A DNA stretch of 64,000 bases from the NCBI RefSeq assembly GCF_006345805.1, contig NC_042998.1, forward strand, positions 117,924,001 through 117,988,000. Direction: 5' to 3'. This document shows positions 12,130 to 26,300 of this stretch, piece by piece (positions within the stretch are counted from its first letter, which is position 1; every line of letters begins with the position of its first letter). Source of the stretch: Octopus sinensis. Taxonomy: Eukaryota. Below the pieces are notes generated by a model. That model was not told the DNA's origin, made no database searches, and was given only the letters and a program-made list of their open reading frames with translations. Made by a program: the position numbers and the translations under genes.

Positions 12130-12860
12130 GTCAATTTCATATCCTATCTCTCCTTTTCTCTTTCTTTTCTCTCTCTCATTTCTCCTATCTCTTTTTCTCT
12201 CTTTCTCATCTCTCTCTCTCTCTCATACACCCATTCACAAACCCATTTGTGTCCATCATAAGTTTTTGCTCTTTATACATATCTATAATATCAATACATC
12301 ATCCAAAATACTGCCAAAATATTGCCAGAATTTACCTGGAATTTCAACTAAAAACCTGTACCTTCATGGAAATACCGACCAACATTCATATCTTTCCTAT
12401 GTTCATTATTATCCCGCCCGTATTCGTCTAATTTTACTCATGATTCTTCTATTTTAATACTTATAAACTGAATACCGCACTCGGAATCTACGTCTCTACA
12501 CTTTACATTTTAATGACAAAATATGAACTCCTATTGGATTTTTCATAGCACGACAAGAAGCATTTCTCCCACTTCTACACACCACTTTCCTAGGATAATT
12601 GAACTGCAACTATAACATCTTTATATATTTTTATTTTTATTTTTATTTCTACATTCATTCTATTATTTCCCTATATACTCCTTATTTCCTTCCTTTTCCA
12701 AAATAACTCCTAATATTGAACTCTAATATTTCCCTCTATTTAACCATATCACATCGTTTCTGATGAAGGGATGTCTCTAATACGCTAGAAAGAGTTGTAA
12801 GACTAACTTTTTCTTTATAAATGTCCTGACAATTCCACACATCCTTCGCCTTGTCTCCTT
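12130..12860 (+). repeat. PLE pLTR-like repeat with decayed hammerhead (12756-12803)
   Basis: Homologous to 7062-7626. GTTT-CTGATGA-AGGGAT...-GAAAG-AGTT-GTA-AGAC. Confidence 0.55.
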
Positions 12861-14920
12861 TTATTTAAAACACACTCACATATTTTTGTTTCATACTCCT
12901 TACTCTCCAGAACCTTTTCCGTTTGAGTATCGTTGTTTGTACTGTGCTTGACACCACTGTCACTGATTCTGAGGAAAATATATTGCAACATTATTTACAG
13001 GATGAACGGATTACTGAGTGCAAAGAGGTTAAACATATTTTTGGGGCTTTCTTTGTTTCGGAAGATGACGAGCTTTACCTTATTTCGCGTAACAATATAC
13101 TTATAAATTAACTCATTTTATTATTTCCGTTTTGGAAATGCAAATATCCTTTGGGAATTTGGCGTTACGTCAATTCGATGAAATCATTCAGAAAAACATT
13201 CTCTTACGCATCCTCAATCAGAAATCGTTAAGTTATTATGGTACTGCCAATGTGAAAAGACGATAGCAAAATATATAAAAGTAGACGTTAGGTTCGGAAG
13301 GAAAATGCGTTTCAGGAGAAACGCTGCTTAAGTGTAAACGGATGAAGAATCTGAAGTTATCGCATTTCATATGCGCTTTCATCGTTCAATAGAAAAAAAA
13401 ATGCAATTCGATCAACGTCGCTATTATATTACTAGTTTCTTGCCTGCTATTATAAATACTGTTATGTCAGATAACATGATTGATAGTCTCTGCAGATTAT
13501 TACAATACACAGATACACGGACACACACACGCTCACACACTCACACATATATTTGTACATACATACACACATGCACACTCACACATATATGCATGTATAT
13601 ATGTATATTTCACTTGGATGGTAGTGACGGTAGTCTCAGTTTGGGGGTGACTGTTTATATTTTGTTTTTCCAAATGAGCACCTTTTGATTTGTTTCACAT
13701 TTATTTGTGAAGTTAGACGAAGTTGGCTGCTGTATTTGTAGTGACGTTGTTACTCCCCTGTAACAAACAACAATACTGAATACTTCTATTCGTAGTTTTA
13801 ACGCTCTGTGTTCTATGAGATTTTGCTACATTTCACATTCTGGACCCATTTGTTGTATTATTCGGAATACGTCAATATCTTTGATTTCCAAAGAGAATTC
13901 ATGTAAATTGTTTCTTATGTAGCCAATGGAACAATTTCTTGATATCTGTGGCCAGGTGCTATTATCAGACAGTTTCTATTTTTAAAAAAAATCTGAAAGA
14001 CAATGGATTACACGCAAATATTAATCCAGAGTCGAAAGATTCAAGCATAATCACTAACAAGACAGTGTAATACGATCTTACAAACGCGAATATCGTCACT
14101 GAAATATAAGATGAAAACATGTACCACACTACGATCGAAAATAGTGGAAAGACATCAACAACTTTAACTAGACGCATTGATTATAAATTCATTTAAAGAG
14201 TGTCGTTATTTATACATAATTACAATGTATGGCATAATCCATTTGTCACTGAAATATTCGAAATTTTAGATTTACAAATAAAAACATTTCATTAGCAATC
14301 GTTTTGACCTTTTAACACTTATATGAAATAACCTATGCTATGGGTGTCGAGTTCCATGTCGCAATGAGGTAATATTTATTTACACATCATCAAATATGTA
14401 TGGTAAACTCTAATGCAATTAAATATCTAATATATATATATAATCTCTAGATGAACCCGAATATTTATGAAATGACAAATTAGATAATAATTATTAGTTG
14501 CGTACATAATTAATTATAAATCATTTATATTCAAGTTGTTAGATATTACATAATGCTCTTGTATACTGTTGCATGGAATATTCATTGATGATGCATTTAC
14601 TTTCTCACAGTGCATCTGTTAAATATCATTTGTACTTGCAATCTGAATAGACTATGTCAATTTAATAATACGAAGTTAGATTTACAGACGAACACACAAA
14701 TTCTACTGGTATATAAGTTCTCATAAATATTTACCTGTAATACTCACGCACGTATACTTGCACACAAACACACAATTATTTATCTATACTTATACGTTTG
14801 TCTATATGTGCTTGTTTCTCTATTTATATATGTACGTATCTATATACAGTGTTATGTACATATACGTACATGTGATGAATAAATTATAATGATAAATTAT
14901 GTGTGCGTGCGCGTATATTT

Positions 14921-14921
14921 T

Positions 14922-14983
<62 letters not shown>

Positions 14984-15002
14984 ATAATAGTAGTAGTAGT
15001 AA

Positions 15003-15063
<61 letters not shown>
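14921..15063. repeat. (TAG)n microsatellite
   Basis: Direct reading. Confidence 0.95.
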
Positions 15064-15064
<1 letters not shown>

Positions 15065-15148
15065 CTGGTGGGGGCAACTGAAAATTAACATACAGACACA
15101 TATGTCATACAAATTACATTTTATATATAATTTATACGATTAATTCTT

Positions 15149-15493
15149 GGAGGCGCAATGAACCAGTTTCTGGGGTAGCGGACTTGCGGTCGTAGGATCG
15201 CGATTTCGATTCCCAAACCGGGCGTTGTTAGTATTTATTGAGCGTTTTGAGCATTTACGAACCCTACTGCATTCTTTCATCACAACTTTCTCTCATTCTT
15301 TTTTCCTGTTTCTGTTGTACCTGTATTTGAAAGGACCAGCCTTGTCACACTCTATGAGACGCTGAATCTCACCGAGAAGTACGTTAAGTGTCCACGTGTC
15401 TGTGGAATGTTCAGCCACTTGCAGGTTAATTTATTGAGAAGGCTGTTCCGTTGATCGGATCCACCCTCGTCGTCGTAAACGACGAAGTGCCAC
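15149..15493 (+). mobile_element. tRNA-derived SINE (second family)
   Basis: GGAGGCGCAATG...GGTAGCGGACTTGCGGTCGTAGGATCGCGATTTCGATTCCC head with A- and B-box-like motifs, followed by a SINE body. Confidence 0.7.
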
Positions 15494-16200
15494 GGTAGGA
15501 TTAATTCATTTCACTTATGAAAGACTTTATATTATGAAAGACTTTGGCATGTATTATTCAACAATGTTCAAAGTGATTAAATTATTTCAGTCGGCAGCAA
15601 GAATATTTCAGTATGGACTGCTCAAATATAATATGCCTTTGGCGTAGTTATTTCTTTTTAATATGACATACGAATACGTCATCACACTTAAATAAGAGCC
15701 CGTACCATTGTTATCTTTGAAGCTTAATATATATTTATGGAAATATTCCGTTATGTTTCTTTTGCAACGTCAAATCTTTTTGAACGTGTACGCGCGCGCG
15801 CGTGAGTGTGTGTGTGTGTGTGTGTGTGTGCGCGTGTGTGTGTATGCGTTTACTCGTACATGTGTTATTGTTTTGGTTTTACGGTCAATTATGAGAAGAT
15901 AATTTTACATTGCACTGAGATGTTACGCAAAACATTTGTAGAGTAACAAATTTATCTGAAAAAGAACGTTGACACTGACTTCGTGGTTTCGGCTAGTTAA
16001 AACATCATCGAATACAGGTATCGTGTATACATTATATACATATGTGTGTAGGTATGTATGTTCCTCTCTCACACACGCTCTCTCTCTCCCTCTCTCTAAC
16101 TCTCTATCTCTATCTATCTATCTATGTGAGAGTGTGTGTAAGAAAATTATAAATGACACTAAATATGATTAGGGCATTAGACCACCTACATTGCTATATA

Positions 16201-17043
16201 TACAGGTTGCAGTGAATAAATTGTCGTCTAAATTACGCAAAAATGAAAATAATACCGACAACCCATTTCAACAGATATATGTACCAAAATTACATAAACA
16301 TATCTTGAAATGCTAAAGCTTTTATTCAATAAAATCGCCGGCCTTGGTCTCCAGGCGACTTCGGAATCTCCTGCAACTCTTCTGGACGGTCTCCTTGTTT
16401 AAGTTGGTGAATGCTGCCATAAACCTTGCCTTCAGTTCATCTTTAGTGTTACAAGGAATTTTGTTGGCCTCCCGCTCAACTGCACCCCACACATAATAAT
16501 CAAGGGATTGCAATCTGGGGAGTTAGGTGGCTAGATGTTAGAGGTGATGTGGTTGCAAAAAGTGTCTGACAGCCATGTCTGGCATCATCTGATTGTGTGG
16601 CATGATGCAAAGTCCTGTTGCCAACCTCTTGACGCGAGGAAGCACTACCACCTCCAGGCACTTGATGAAGGCTTCCGCGTTGAGTTTGAGTCCGTGTGGG
16701 AAGATGTATGGAGGCATAACGACGTCATCACTAGTGATCACTCCTAACGCCATGATGTTGATTTTTATCACTCTCGGTAGATGTCCTCAGATAGCACTGT
16801 CCTCAGATTGACTTCCAAAGACTCTGAAATGTTCGTATTGGAGCTTCCGGTGCGAATGCCAAGCAATACAGCATGTCTTTTCCAAATTACTGGGAGAGTG
16901 AATTGCGTTATAGTGCTATTTTCTCACAGTGGATGCCAAACTGACCCTACAATACTATGTATTCGACAAAATTAAAATCAAACATTACGAATGCGTGAAA
17001 TTAAAAATATGAAATGGCAACAATTTTTCCCTTTACACACTAT
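16201..17043 (-). mobile_element. Tc1/mariner maT-type (DD37D) transposon remnant
   Basis: QQDFASCH...PPNSPDCNP/LDYYVWGAVE gives 37-residue D-D spacing by manual count across a frameshift. Weak TIRs at both ends. Confidence 0.75.
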
Positions 17044-18024
17044 ATAGATAAATAAATAAATATATATATATACATATATTTGTACAAGGACACACCATTA
17101 TTAACTTTCTTTTATATTTAAATTTTCTCCTATTTACTTTGAATTTGATCCTCCGCCGCAAGCAGCAGTAAAAAAAATGTGTCTGCTTCACGCGGCCACC
17201 GTTGTGTATTCTCCATTTCTCCTTCGCCTCCGTTGATTTTTTCCCCAGTTATTTGACATATAAGGGGTTTGTCTATGTTTCAGCCATGGAGTTCTGCAAC
17301 TCCATTTTGCAGGAGGGTTTGTGGTAACGCTAGATGTTTGTAGTTTTGAAATTACAATTGATTTTTCCAAATTTTTCTTCATGATTCTGCAAATTCAACT
17401 TCTATTTTGTATTTGTTGACTAGTTTGTTTTAAGGTAGATGATTATTGCTTTGGTCGTTTGATAATTATTTATATACATTTTCTATTATGCATTACAAAA
17501 TGCATCTTGTGTTCAAACGATAGTTTTTGTCAGTCTTATAAGGCTCTTAACTCTGTATTCGTGTTAAATATTGATCATTCTATATCCAAAATTGTGTGAC
17601 TACATTAAATGCAACTATTATATTCAATATTTCCGTCTACTTTTCTTAATTCGTTTAGTGACTACTTGAGAATATTAAGGCTATAACCTATAACTGAGAC
17701 TAGATTGTTGGTGCCTTTTTCTTTATTTTTTGGCATGCATCCACCGTTTTAAGTGTCAATCAAATGTATTTATAATATTCCCTTCTAATTTCTTCTTATA
17801 TATGTGTTGCACACCCTATAGTTCATTGATTCTATAACATTTGTAGTTCAGTGCAAGCTCTGTCTTATTCCTTTAAAAAGCACGATATTTGTTTTCTTAA
17901 TAAAGTTCCTTCATTCCAAGGCAGTGCGGCAGCAGGAGTGGCAGCAAAAGTAGTGGCAGTTCTAGTGGCAACAGGGGCAGGGGCAGTAGCAGTAGCAGTA
18001 CCAGCAGCAGCAGCAGCAGTAGTG

Positions 18025-18059
<35 letters not shown>

Positions 18060-20609
18060 TTTTTTTAAATGCATATAGCAAATTAGATATTTGTTGGAAT
18101 ATATCCTGACGGCCTAAGTTTATTATAAATATTAAATATTGGAATGTGCGTTTATTGAAATGTCTACTCGCATCACTGGTAGCGTGTATGCACAATCATT
18201 AATGTGCTCACATACGCTTGCCAGTTTCCGTATGACAGTTGTGTGACAAAGTATGTAAGCCACTGCCCATGCGCAGGAGCATACCTATGTGATTATATGG
18301 GATTATCTCTACATGCGAACATTCGTCTGGCTGTTTTCCGTGTTATCAAAATGTATATTGATGGGGTACATTGAAAATTCAACAATAGATTTCTGATACT
18401 TTAAAAAGAAGCATGAAAACTTTAAGTATATATTAGCGGAAATACAGCAAACCAATATTCAAACAGTTTTAATTATACCTTACTAGTTTCAGTTAACTTG
18501 CTATAAAATTACGTCACCACACGGACTACCTTTGAAACGACAATATGGTTAAAATAAACAACATGAAAATTGGACATATCATTATTGAGCTGCCAGAATC
18601 GTTTAAATCCGGTTGATTTCTTTATTGTTCACAGGGGGCCAAACATAGAGGGACAACAAAAAACGGGTGTAAAACGAATGAATAAAAATAAAATAAGATG
18701 AAAAACTGAGAAATGAAATGAAGCCACTCGGTCCTACATCGGGGCGACTTCATTCATCCTGATAATTACAACGTTTTAGAATTATATTTAAACAGTTAAT
18801 CTTTCTCAAATTGTAAAACGCCTATTTCAAAGATATTCAGAATTTCATAGTAGCTCACCAATTTTGATATCCTGCTGCTGTCAATGTTCTTGACCCAGTA
18901 CTGAATAGCATACACGATACGTATTTTGGGTCAGCCACAGCATAATTAAAGTGCAAGGGTATCCCAGCACATTTTGCTGTGTCCACTCTTAGTAGCTGAC
19001 CCAAGTATCTATCTCTTTAACATGCTTAATATTGGATGCATCATATAATACAGCATATTTTTCTTACAGGGCGGGTTTGGGAAGTTTGAGACTCTTGTGT
19101 GATTGTGCTCATCGTTTCAGTGGCAGGTGGGGCAGAGAGGGGAATGGTGCCTGCATGGAACGGTGGTACAGAGTGAGTTTGGACGGGAATTGGGTGGATG
19201 TGGGATGGGGGATAACATTTACAGAATATGCCTTCTATTTCCTCTTTCTGCTTCTTTGTCATGCTGTTTCCCATCCTTTTCTTTCATCATCTTTCTCGGC
19301 GCTAGTACTAGTTTTCGCCGGCGGTGGTGCAGTTTCCTTCCCACTCTTGGGCTCATTTTATGACAATCCACATTTGTAGCAGCGAGGATCCTGCCATCCA
19401 CTCTAACTCTGAGAGCTAATTCTTCGACTCTAATGGACTTGACTATATTTTACAGATCCCCCAGGCTGCCTAGATTACTATATCCAAGCTCTACTCTTGC
19501 CAGTTTTATGTGCAGTGCTGGTGACTTGGCGGACCAATATCTTATCTTGCATGAGCAGCAGTATAGCAGCTACTAGACAGGCCAAATCTATTTCCGGGTG
19601 GATGTTTTCACCCCTTACCCTGAAAGCACGTCTTCGAATGTATATGGGCAGAAGTACTATCTCATCCGTTTTTAAGAGGGTTACCGAGTATAGCCTGGCA
19701 GTGGCTTAATCTCGGAACCGCACCTCCGCCGTTTCAAACTTTCCTCCTCAAGAAAGGTAAGAAATTCCTCGCCAGATGTGTTTTAATGCTTTTTCAATTA
19801 GAATTGTAGTCATTGATTCGATTTTCTTGGTTTTGACAGAGTAAGTTCTATAGATTATTGTTTTGTTTTCTTTGGTTTTCTGTAATAAAGGGGACACCTT
19901 TACGTCGTGCCCTTCCTTACGAATCATATTCTTGTTTTTCCCAAGTTACATTACCTCAATTTGTTTTTTGCACCTTCTGGCCACGGCCGCAAAATTCTTT
20001 TCTTTTCATCTTTTTTATCTACTGCCCTCAGCAATTCTTTCTGGGACGTTGTAAATTCCGAGCGGATAAAGTTTCCATAGACCATTTGGAACACAGTGCT
20101 ACCCACTTCAAACAAGGGGGAAAGCGAAAACAAAAAAGTGGATAAAGACACAACAATTATAAAAAAATGCAACTTAATAAACTTTGACTGACCTTTAGAA
20201 CAACCTCACGACCGAGTTAAATAAGGTTAAAATGCTGATAACAAAAATAGTTAAACAATTAAAAATAAGGTGAATCCATATATGTATAATGTTAGTGGGA
20301 ACGGTCTAAAATTTCCATGATAATTGTAATCTATAATTTACTATAATTGCTAACTTATAACTTATATAGAGAAGGTTAATAGGTTTGAATACGACGCTAA
20401 GATCGTAACCCACTAAGATACCGAAGTATAAAGAATTTGACGCTTAAGTTAATCAGATGGAATCAAAGTGGAATTATTATTTCATTCAGGCAAGTCGATG
20501 TTCTATCCTATGCACGTCTTAAAAAAAGATAAACGTAGCTAAATACTTATGTCTACATACAATTATAACCTCGGAGATTTTATTACTCAATATTTTCTTG
20601 TTTGTACGA

Positions 20610-21500
20610 AAAATACTGATTGCTTCCTTTGTACACAACTTACACCTTCCAATATACGTTATATATGGTGTGGTTTCCGTTATGATTGACCAGACTAAAT
20701 TCCCTATCCCGCATTTTTAGTTTATTAATATATGTAGCGAGCGCTGTTGCATTTTTTGTTCCAAAGTTCGAGAATGAGCTGATGTGTCCTCTATATCTTG
20801 TTTTGAAGTCCGTGGTTCTCCCTATGTATACTTTTTTAGGTTGATTGGCAGTTACGACTTCAGTCTTGTATATGTTTTAGACAAAATCTATTAAAAATAG
20901 AGCGGCTTATTTGGCTTACAGGGAAATTATTATCAACGATATAAAAAGCATTTTAGGGAGATTTTCAACCTGGAGGGAGAAAGGGAGGGTTAAACCATAT
21001 AGCTTCCTGTTTTCTCTGTGCTTTACCTCCAGTTTCCGCTGTTTATTATTATTATTATTGTTGTTGTTGTTGTTATTATCATTACTATTATCATCATTAT
21101 TATTATTATTATTATTATAATGTTACATGTTAGGATACATAGGAAATCTCCTGAAATGATAGATGTCACGCTGTTCCATACCGGATACAGGTAGGTATGG
21201 AAAAAGAATAGGGTATCTTCAATATAGTATATATCTTCTTTAAAGCCACCATTCCTCAAAGCTGTGTTAATAATAGGCGCCATGTTATTAAAAACTATTT
21301 GCCGACAGGTTAGATAATCTAATCAAAATTCCCTTAATCACTCAATTGATGATACATTGTGGGTGGTTAGATAGTGTAACGGTATATTGGATTAAAATAG
21401 CCCATTATCCAAATGTAATGTTACGTCTAGAAAGATAACAATTTTAGTGGTATTTGCAAAAAAGATCTCCAAATCATATTCCTTAAAAAATTTAATTAAT
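20610..21500 (-). mobile_element. Degenerate Penelope-like element (RT thumb plus GIY-YIG)
   Basis: IYKTEVVTANQPKKVYIGRTTDFKTRYRGHISSF...WSII..PY...CKLC at 20610-20878; LDVTLHL, SNHPQCII and PIINTALRNGGFKED upstream. Not called as an ORF in the track. Confidence 0.7.
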
Positions 21501-21586
21501 CTTTTTTCATGCTATCGATTGTTACTGTATAACCTGTAATAGCAAACAAGGCGTCGTCCTTATACAAATCTAACCTGATTCTTAGG

Positions 21587-21645
<59 letters not shown>

Positions 21646-21907
21646 GTTTATGCTAAAATACAATATTTAAAATACACACACAAACACTCCACAAACGCAC
21701 GTAGTTGAATGGCCGTTGACTACGTTGTAGTTGTTCCGCATTTGACGGAATTAATTTTTTGTCCCGTTGGGTGTTCAACAAGTACCCACCTAACCAAACA
21801 AGCCTGGTGAGGTTGCCAGTTTAGTCACCGATGACCATTTCATGGAAGAGGTTTTATTGGACTACAGGTTACTAGTAGCACTCAAGAACGACCTGAAACA
21901 GTGATAA

Positions 21908-21927
21908 TAAAAATAATAATAATAATA

Positions 21928-21991
<64 letters not shown>

Positions 21992-22049
21992 TATTATTAT
22001 TATTATCATTATTATTATTATTCTTATTATTCATATTATTCAGTAGTTA

Positions 22050-22095
<46 letters not shown>

Positions 22096-22110
22096 CATTA
22101 TTATTATTCA
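21908..22110. repeat. (AAT)n directly followed by (TTA)n
   Basis: Polarity switches at 21990/21991. Confidence 0.9.
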
Positions 22111-23424
22111 GTAGTTTTATTTTTATAGCGTGCTTTCACTTCACTACCGAGCACAGCTCTGTGTGCCTTGGGTATGTGCTGTGATTTGTTGTGATGCTCT
22201 GATGGTTATTGTATGGAAAGTGTTCTGCGTAGGATGTGTGCAGTGCCTAGTAGTGCAATTTTCTGTATGTTATATGTGTTTGTAAGTCCTGGTGTTTTTG
22301 TTATGTATTGTCTGAATATTTTTTTATCATGCCTAATGCACCTACTATGATAGGAATTGTTTCTGTTTTCAGATTCCACATTCTAGTTACCTTTATTTCC
22401 AGGTCTTTGTATTTTGAGAGTTTCTCCATTTCTTTTAGAGACACGTTGTCATCAGCCGGTATTGATACATTAATTAGAAAGCATTTTTTTTTCTTCATGA
22501 TCTCTGAAAACTATATCTGGTCTGTTGGCCTTCATTTCTCTATCTGTGTGTATCGGCATATCCCAGAGTATGGTTGCTTTCTCGTTTTCTGTGATCTTTT
22601 CTGGTGTGTGCCTATACCATCTTTTTTCTGTTGTTATTCCATAATGTTGGGATAGCTTCCAATGTATGTAGGTTCCAACTCTGTCATGTCTGTGAATATA
22701 TTCCTTCTTAGCCAAGACTGGGCAGCTAGAGATAATATGATTTATTGTTTCTTGTCCATCTCCACATATTCTGCAGTTACTTGTAATATTTCTTTTCATT
22801 ACATGTTTTTGGTAATTTCTGGTGGGGAGGCTTTGGTCTTGTGCTGCAATTAAAAATTCCTCTGTTTCTGCTTTGAGTCCTGAGCCTCTCAACCATTGCT
22901 GGGATTTTTCTTTGTCTATTTCTTTTGCGTTTAGTTTAGTCCAGTATTTACCATGAAGGGGCTTTTCTTGCCATCGTTTTATCATGGTTCGTTGCTGTTC
23001 TATTTTTAGTTTGGATTTCATTTGTTTTATAGCTTTTGTTGTTTCTTCATCTTCTTCTTCTTCTTCTCTTCTTCTTCTTCATGTTTATTAGGTGGTATGA
23101 TTTCTTGTTTGTATTTGTCAGCTTCCTTAAATACTGAGAACAGTTTTTTGTTTTGCTCGTGTTTTGCCGCTATCTGGATCAGTTTTCCTTCCTTCTGAAG
23201 TAGATATTTTTGCAGTCCTATGGTGGTTATTTTATAGTAGTTTTCCAGCTGTATAAGGCCTCTACCACCTTCTATACGTTGTATATATAGTCTTTCCATG
23301 TCAGATTTTGGGTGATGCATCCTAGATCCTGTCATTATTTTTCTTGTTTTCCTATCTATTTTGGTCAGTTCATTTCGTGTCCAGTTAAGGATATTGTAGC
23401 TGTAACTTATAACTGGGACCTTGC
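22110..23424 (-). mobile_element. 5'-truncated R4/Dong-type LINE (RT C-terminus, CCHC finger, RLE)
   Basis: HHPKSDMERLY, CRICGDGQETINHIISSC, ANRPDIVF, LINVSIP...KLSKYKDL. The 3' end abuts (TAA)n. Confidence 0.9.
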
Positions 23425-24308
23425 CCCGCCTCTTGATTTCGGTAGCTTCTCTTAATTTCCTCAAAAGTGAAGAATAATAGGCTCCTGTAATTGTGGTACC
23501 CTTTGCCAGGAAATCTGTCATCACTACTCCGTCCTGGTCCCAGAAGAATGTGAGCATGACCTTCTCAGCAGAGGGCTGCACCCTTGCCTTCTTTGGAGGA
23601 GGTGATTCACGGTGCTTTCACTGCATTGACTGGGCTTTGGTCTATGGATCATAGTGATGGACCCAGGTTTTATCCTGTGTGATCAGTCTTTTGAAAAATT
23701 TTGACTCATCTTCTTGGCACATCTCCAAATTCATCCTCGAGCACTCAACGCGTTCTTGCTTCTGGAAAGGTGTGAGCAACCTGGAAATCCATCTGGCAGA
23801 CACCTTTTGCATATGCAAATAGTCATCAATGATAGTTTCCACAGACCCGGTACTAATCTTGACCTTATGGGCTATTTGGCGAATAGTTATGCGTTGACCT
23901 TCCAAAATGGCAGCCTTAACTTGGCGGACAGACGTCTCATCAACGGCAGAAAGGGGCGACCAGATCTGGGAGCTGTTTCCAGAGTTCCGACTATGTTTGA
24001 ATTCACAATGCCAGCGTTTTACAAGGTCATATGATGGGGCATCATCACCATAAGTTACTTTCATTTCATCAAAAGTCTCCCGTGGTGTGCGTCCTTTCAA
24101 ATACAAAAACCAGATCACTGCTCGACACTCAACAGGCTCCATTTCACACTTGACTCAGTTCAAACACCTGTAAATCAGAAACCACAATTAGTAGAGCTGT
24201 AATTCGCGACTTAATCTATAGAGGTATGAATAAGTGCACATGCAACATTTCAGCTAGATCAAACAATGCAAGTGGGTCAGGGGCATTACTTATTGAACGC
24301 CCCTCGTA
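23425..24308 (-). mobile_element. Mariner transposon, 3'-truncated
   Basis: 5' TIR TACGAGGGGCGTTCAATAAGTAATGC (24282-24308). ORF 23642-24142 carries the HTH, WISRLLT and ITQDKTWVHHYDP; continues KVMLTFFWDQDGVV...RRGK, then breaks. Confidence 0.9.
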
Positions 24309-24460
24309 GTTGAAAATTTAACGTTCATAATACATTTGCATATCAACTAAGTTATATTTACAATCCAGCCATCCATTATTGGATTGTCAATTGAATCTCT
24401 CTATTTAATTAATTGTTTGTAATTTGCATTATACTCGTATTTATATGGTATCAACTGATC

Positions 24461-24580
24461 TCGTATGTCGGGACAGAAACTGCTCCGATACCTCGTCAGT
24501 TATTAAGACAAACACATTCATTTTCTTTTTGTCTTAACAACTGACGAGATATCGGAGTAGATTTCCGTCCCGGTATACGA
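24461..24580. repeat. Compact inverted repeat (~52-bp arms, short spacer)
   Basis: TCGTATGTCGGGACAGAAACTGCTCCGATACCTCGTCAGTTATTAAGACAAA versus the reverse complement of TTTGTCTTAACAACTGACGAGATATCGGAGTAGATTTCCGTCCCGGTATACGA. Confidence 0.85.
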
Positions 24581-26169
24581 AACTCGGAGTTTTATTATGG
24601 CAACCAATTAATTGTCACATATTATATTTCATATATATATATATCAGGACTTAAATTTCTATGTGTACTTGTGTTCGTTTACATGGGCGTTTCTCGTTTA
24701 CAGTGTTCAATAATGAAAGCGTTTCATAAAATAATGCTAATACCAAATCTTAAAATTGAAGCTAGAAGAATACGTATCTTTGAACGTATGAATCAATATT
24801 ACAAGTAACATTTTGTTTTTTAAAATTCCTATGAAAATAAAGATTGCTTCTCAAACCTAGAAAATAACTGTAATTTTAACAGAGAGAACTAATCTTTAGA
24901 TTAAAAGTAAAAGTATTATCTCGAGAATGTACATTGAAATTAATATCCAATAATATATGGGGAATTGTCTTAATACGTTTTGAAGATTTAGCCATTCTTA
25001 CCTGAAGAATTTTCTAACGTACAGACAATGTACGCGCATGAATACCTTTCATCATGATTCAATAATGATTCATTATCTTCGGCGTCTTGGAATTTTTTAT
25101 AGTTCAAACGGACTTCAGTTTGTACCTACTTCTTTATTTGTTTCATTCTTATTGATTACTAATGTGTAAAGAATAAACAAAGAATATCTCGAGAGAATTT
25201 AAGAAAAATCAATACGCTCTACCGATAACATCTACTTTTAAGAGAATACACGACTAAATCTTTCTCGCATTAATTATGAAGGATAGCTATGTCTAAATAA
25301 TATGAGTTGAACGAAAATCTAAAATATGCGTTTCGACTACTGCCAATATAGGTTACCGATATATTTTCATTCTCTTTCTTTCTTTCCTTTTTCTTCTTCT
25401 TTTTTTTTCGTTCTTGTTTGCTTCCTTTCTTTCTTATTTTTTCATAACTATGAGGATGGTCCGAGTGTTTATTGAAGAGAATTGTGAGAAAATATTTTTT
25501 AGTTTTGTTGTAAGCTTAAATCTCTAGGAAATTAGCTATGACATTCTTCGTTGCAAGGATTATAAATGATATACCAAATATATATTCTTCACACATTTTT
25601 CATGCGGTCTCTCTCTCCCCTTTATTCTTTCTCTTTTTCTCTCACACAGGAAATTGTCTACATTGCCTTGTAAGTATGACCGTGAATAGCTGCTTACTGT
25701 GACCCATTCTTCCAAATCTGGTGCATGATTAAGCGAGGAGCTATTGACATATGCTCATATAAAATCCGTTATTAGAATACTGCAGGACGAAAGCATAAAA
25801 GCAGGAATTACAAAAATTGGCAGCTCTACAGCGACGAAGGATGAAAGAAGTTCGAATCAAATTTCTTAAAATCGAATGGGATATGTTATGAACAACCAAA
25901 GTTAAGGCACGATGCAAAACAAAGTGCTTGATTAATTCACCACAGTAAGAACAAGGGGGTGCATCCACTTAGATTACATCAATTTATCTTACCTGTTGAG
26001 TCAGGCATTTGAATTGCCCACCATATTGTACACTGTGAGGCTGAATACACACACTTACGAAGCGAACATCTTAAATAAATGTACAAGCTTCTTCGCCTTT
26101 AAGATGCAATTCACGGGTAAAATGTCTTCTAGTTTTAAAGTATATATATATAATATATATATATTATAT

Positions 26170-26217
<48 letters not shown>

Positions 26218-26244
26218 ATATATATATATTTATTATATAGAAGG

Positions 26245-26295
26245 AGCTTCTACAGGACTAGAACTGTTTCATTCAAGAGAAATCTTCAGGAAGCT
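26245..26295 (-). ncRNA. Type I hammerhead ribozyme motif
   Basis: AGCTTC-CTGAAGA-T-TTC-TCTT-GAA-T-GAA-ACAG-TTCTAGTC-CTGT-A-GAAGCT. 6-bp stem I, 4-bp stem III, GUA triplet; U-U mismatch at the base of stem II. Confidence 0.65.
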
Positions 26296-26300
26296 AGTTA

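Noticed and set aside
18850-19800. GC-richer block with a PRCYKCG-like motif on the minus strand, possibly the missing Tx1 ORF2
   Set aside because: No convincing RT or APE motifs by eye and many stops; needs TBLASTN/HMM before any call.
25650-25669. 20-nt micro-exon candidate (polypyrimidine-CAG ... GTAAGT, plus strand)
   Set aside because: Splice-like motifs arise by chance in 64 kb; no supporting neighbours. The same applies to 45617-45658.
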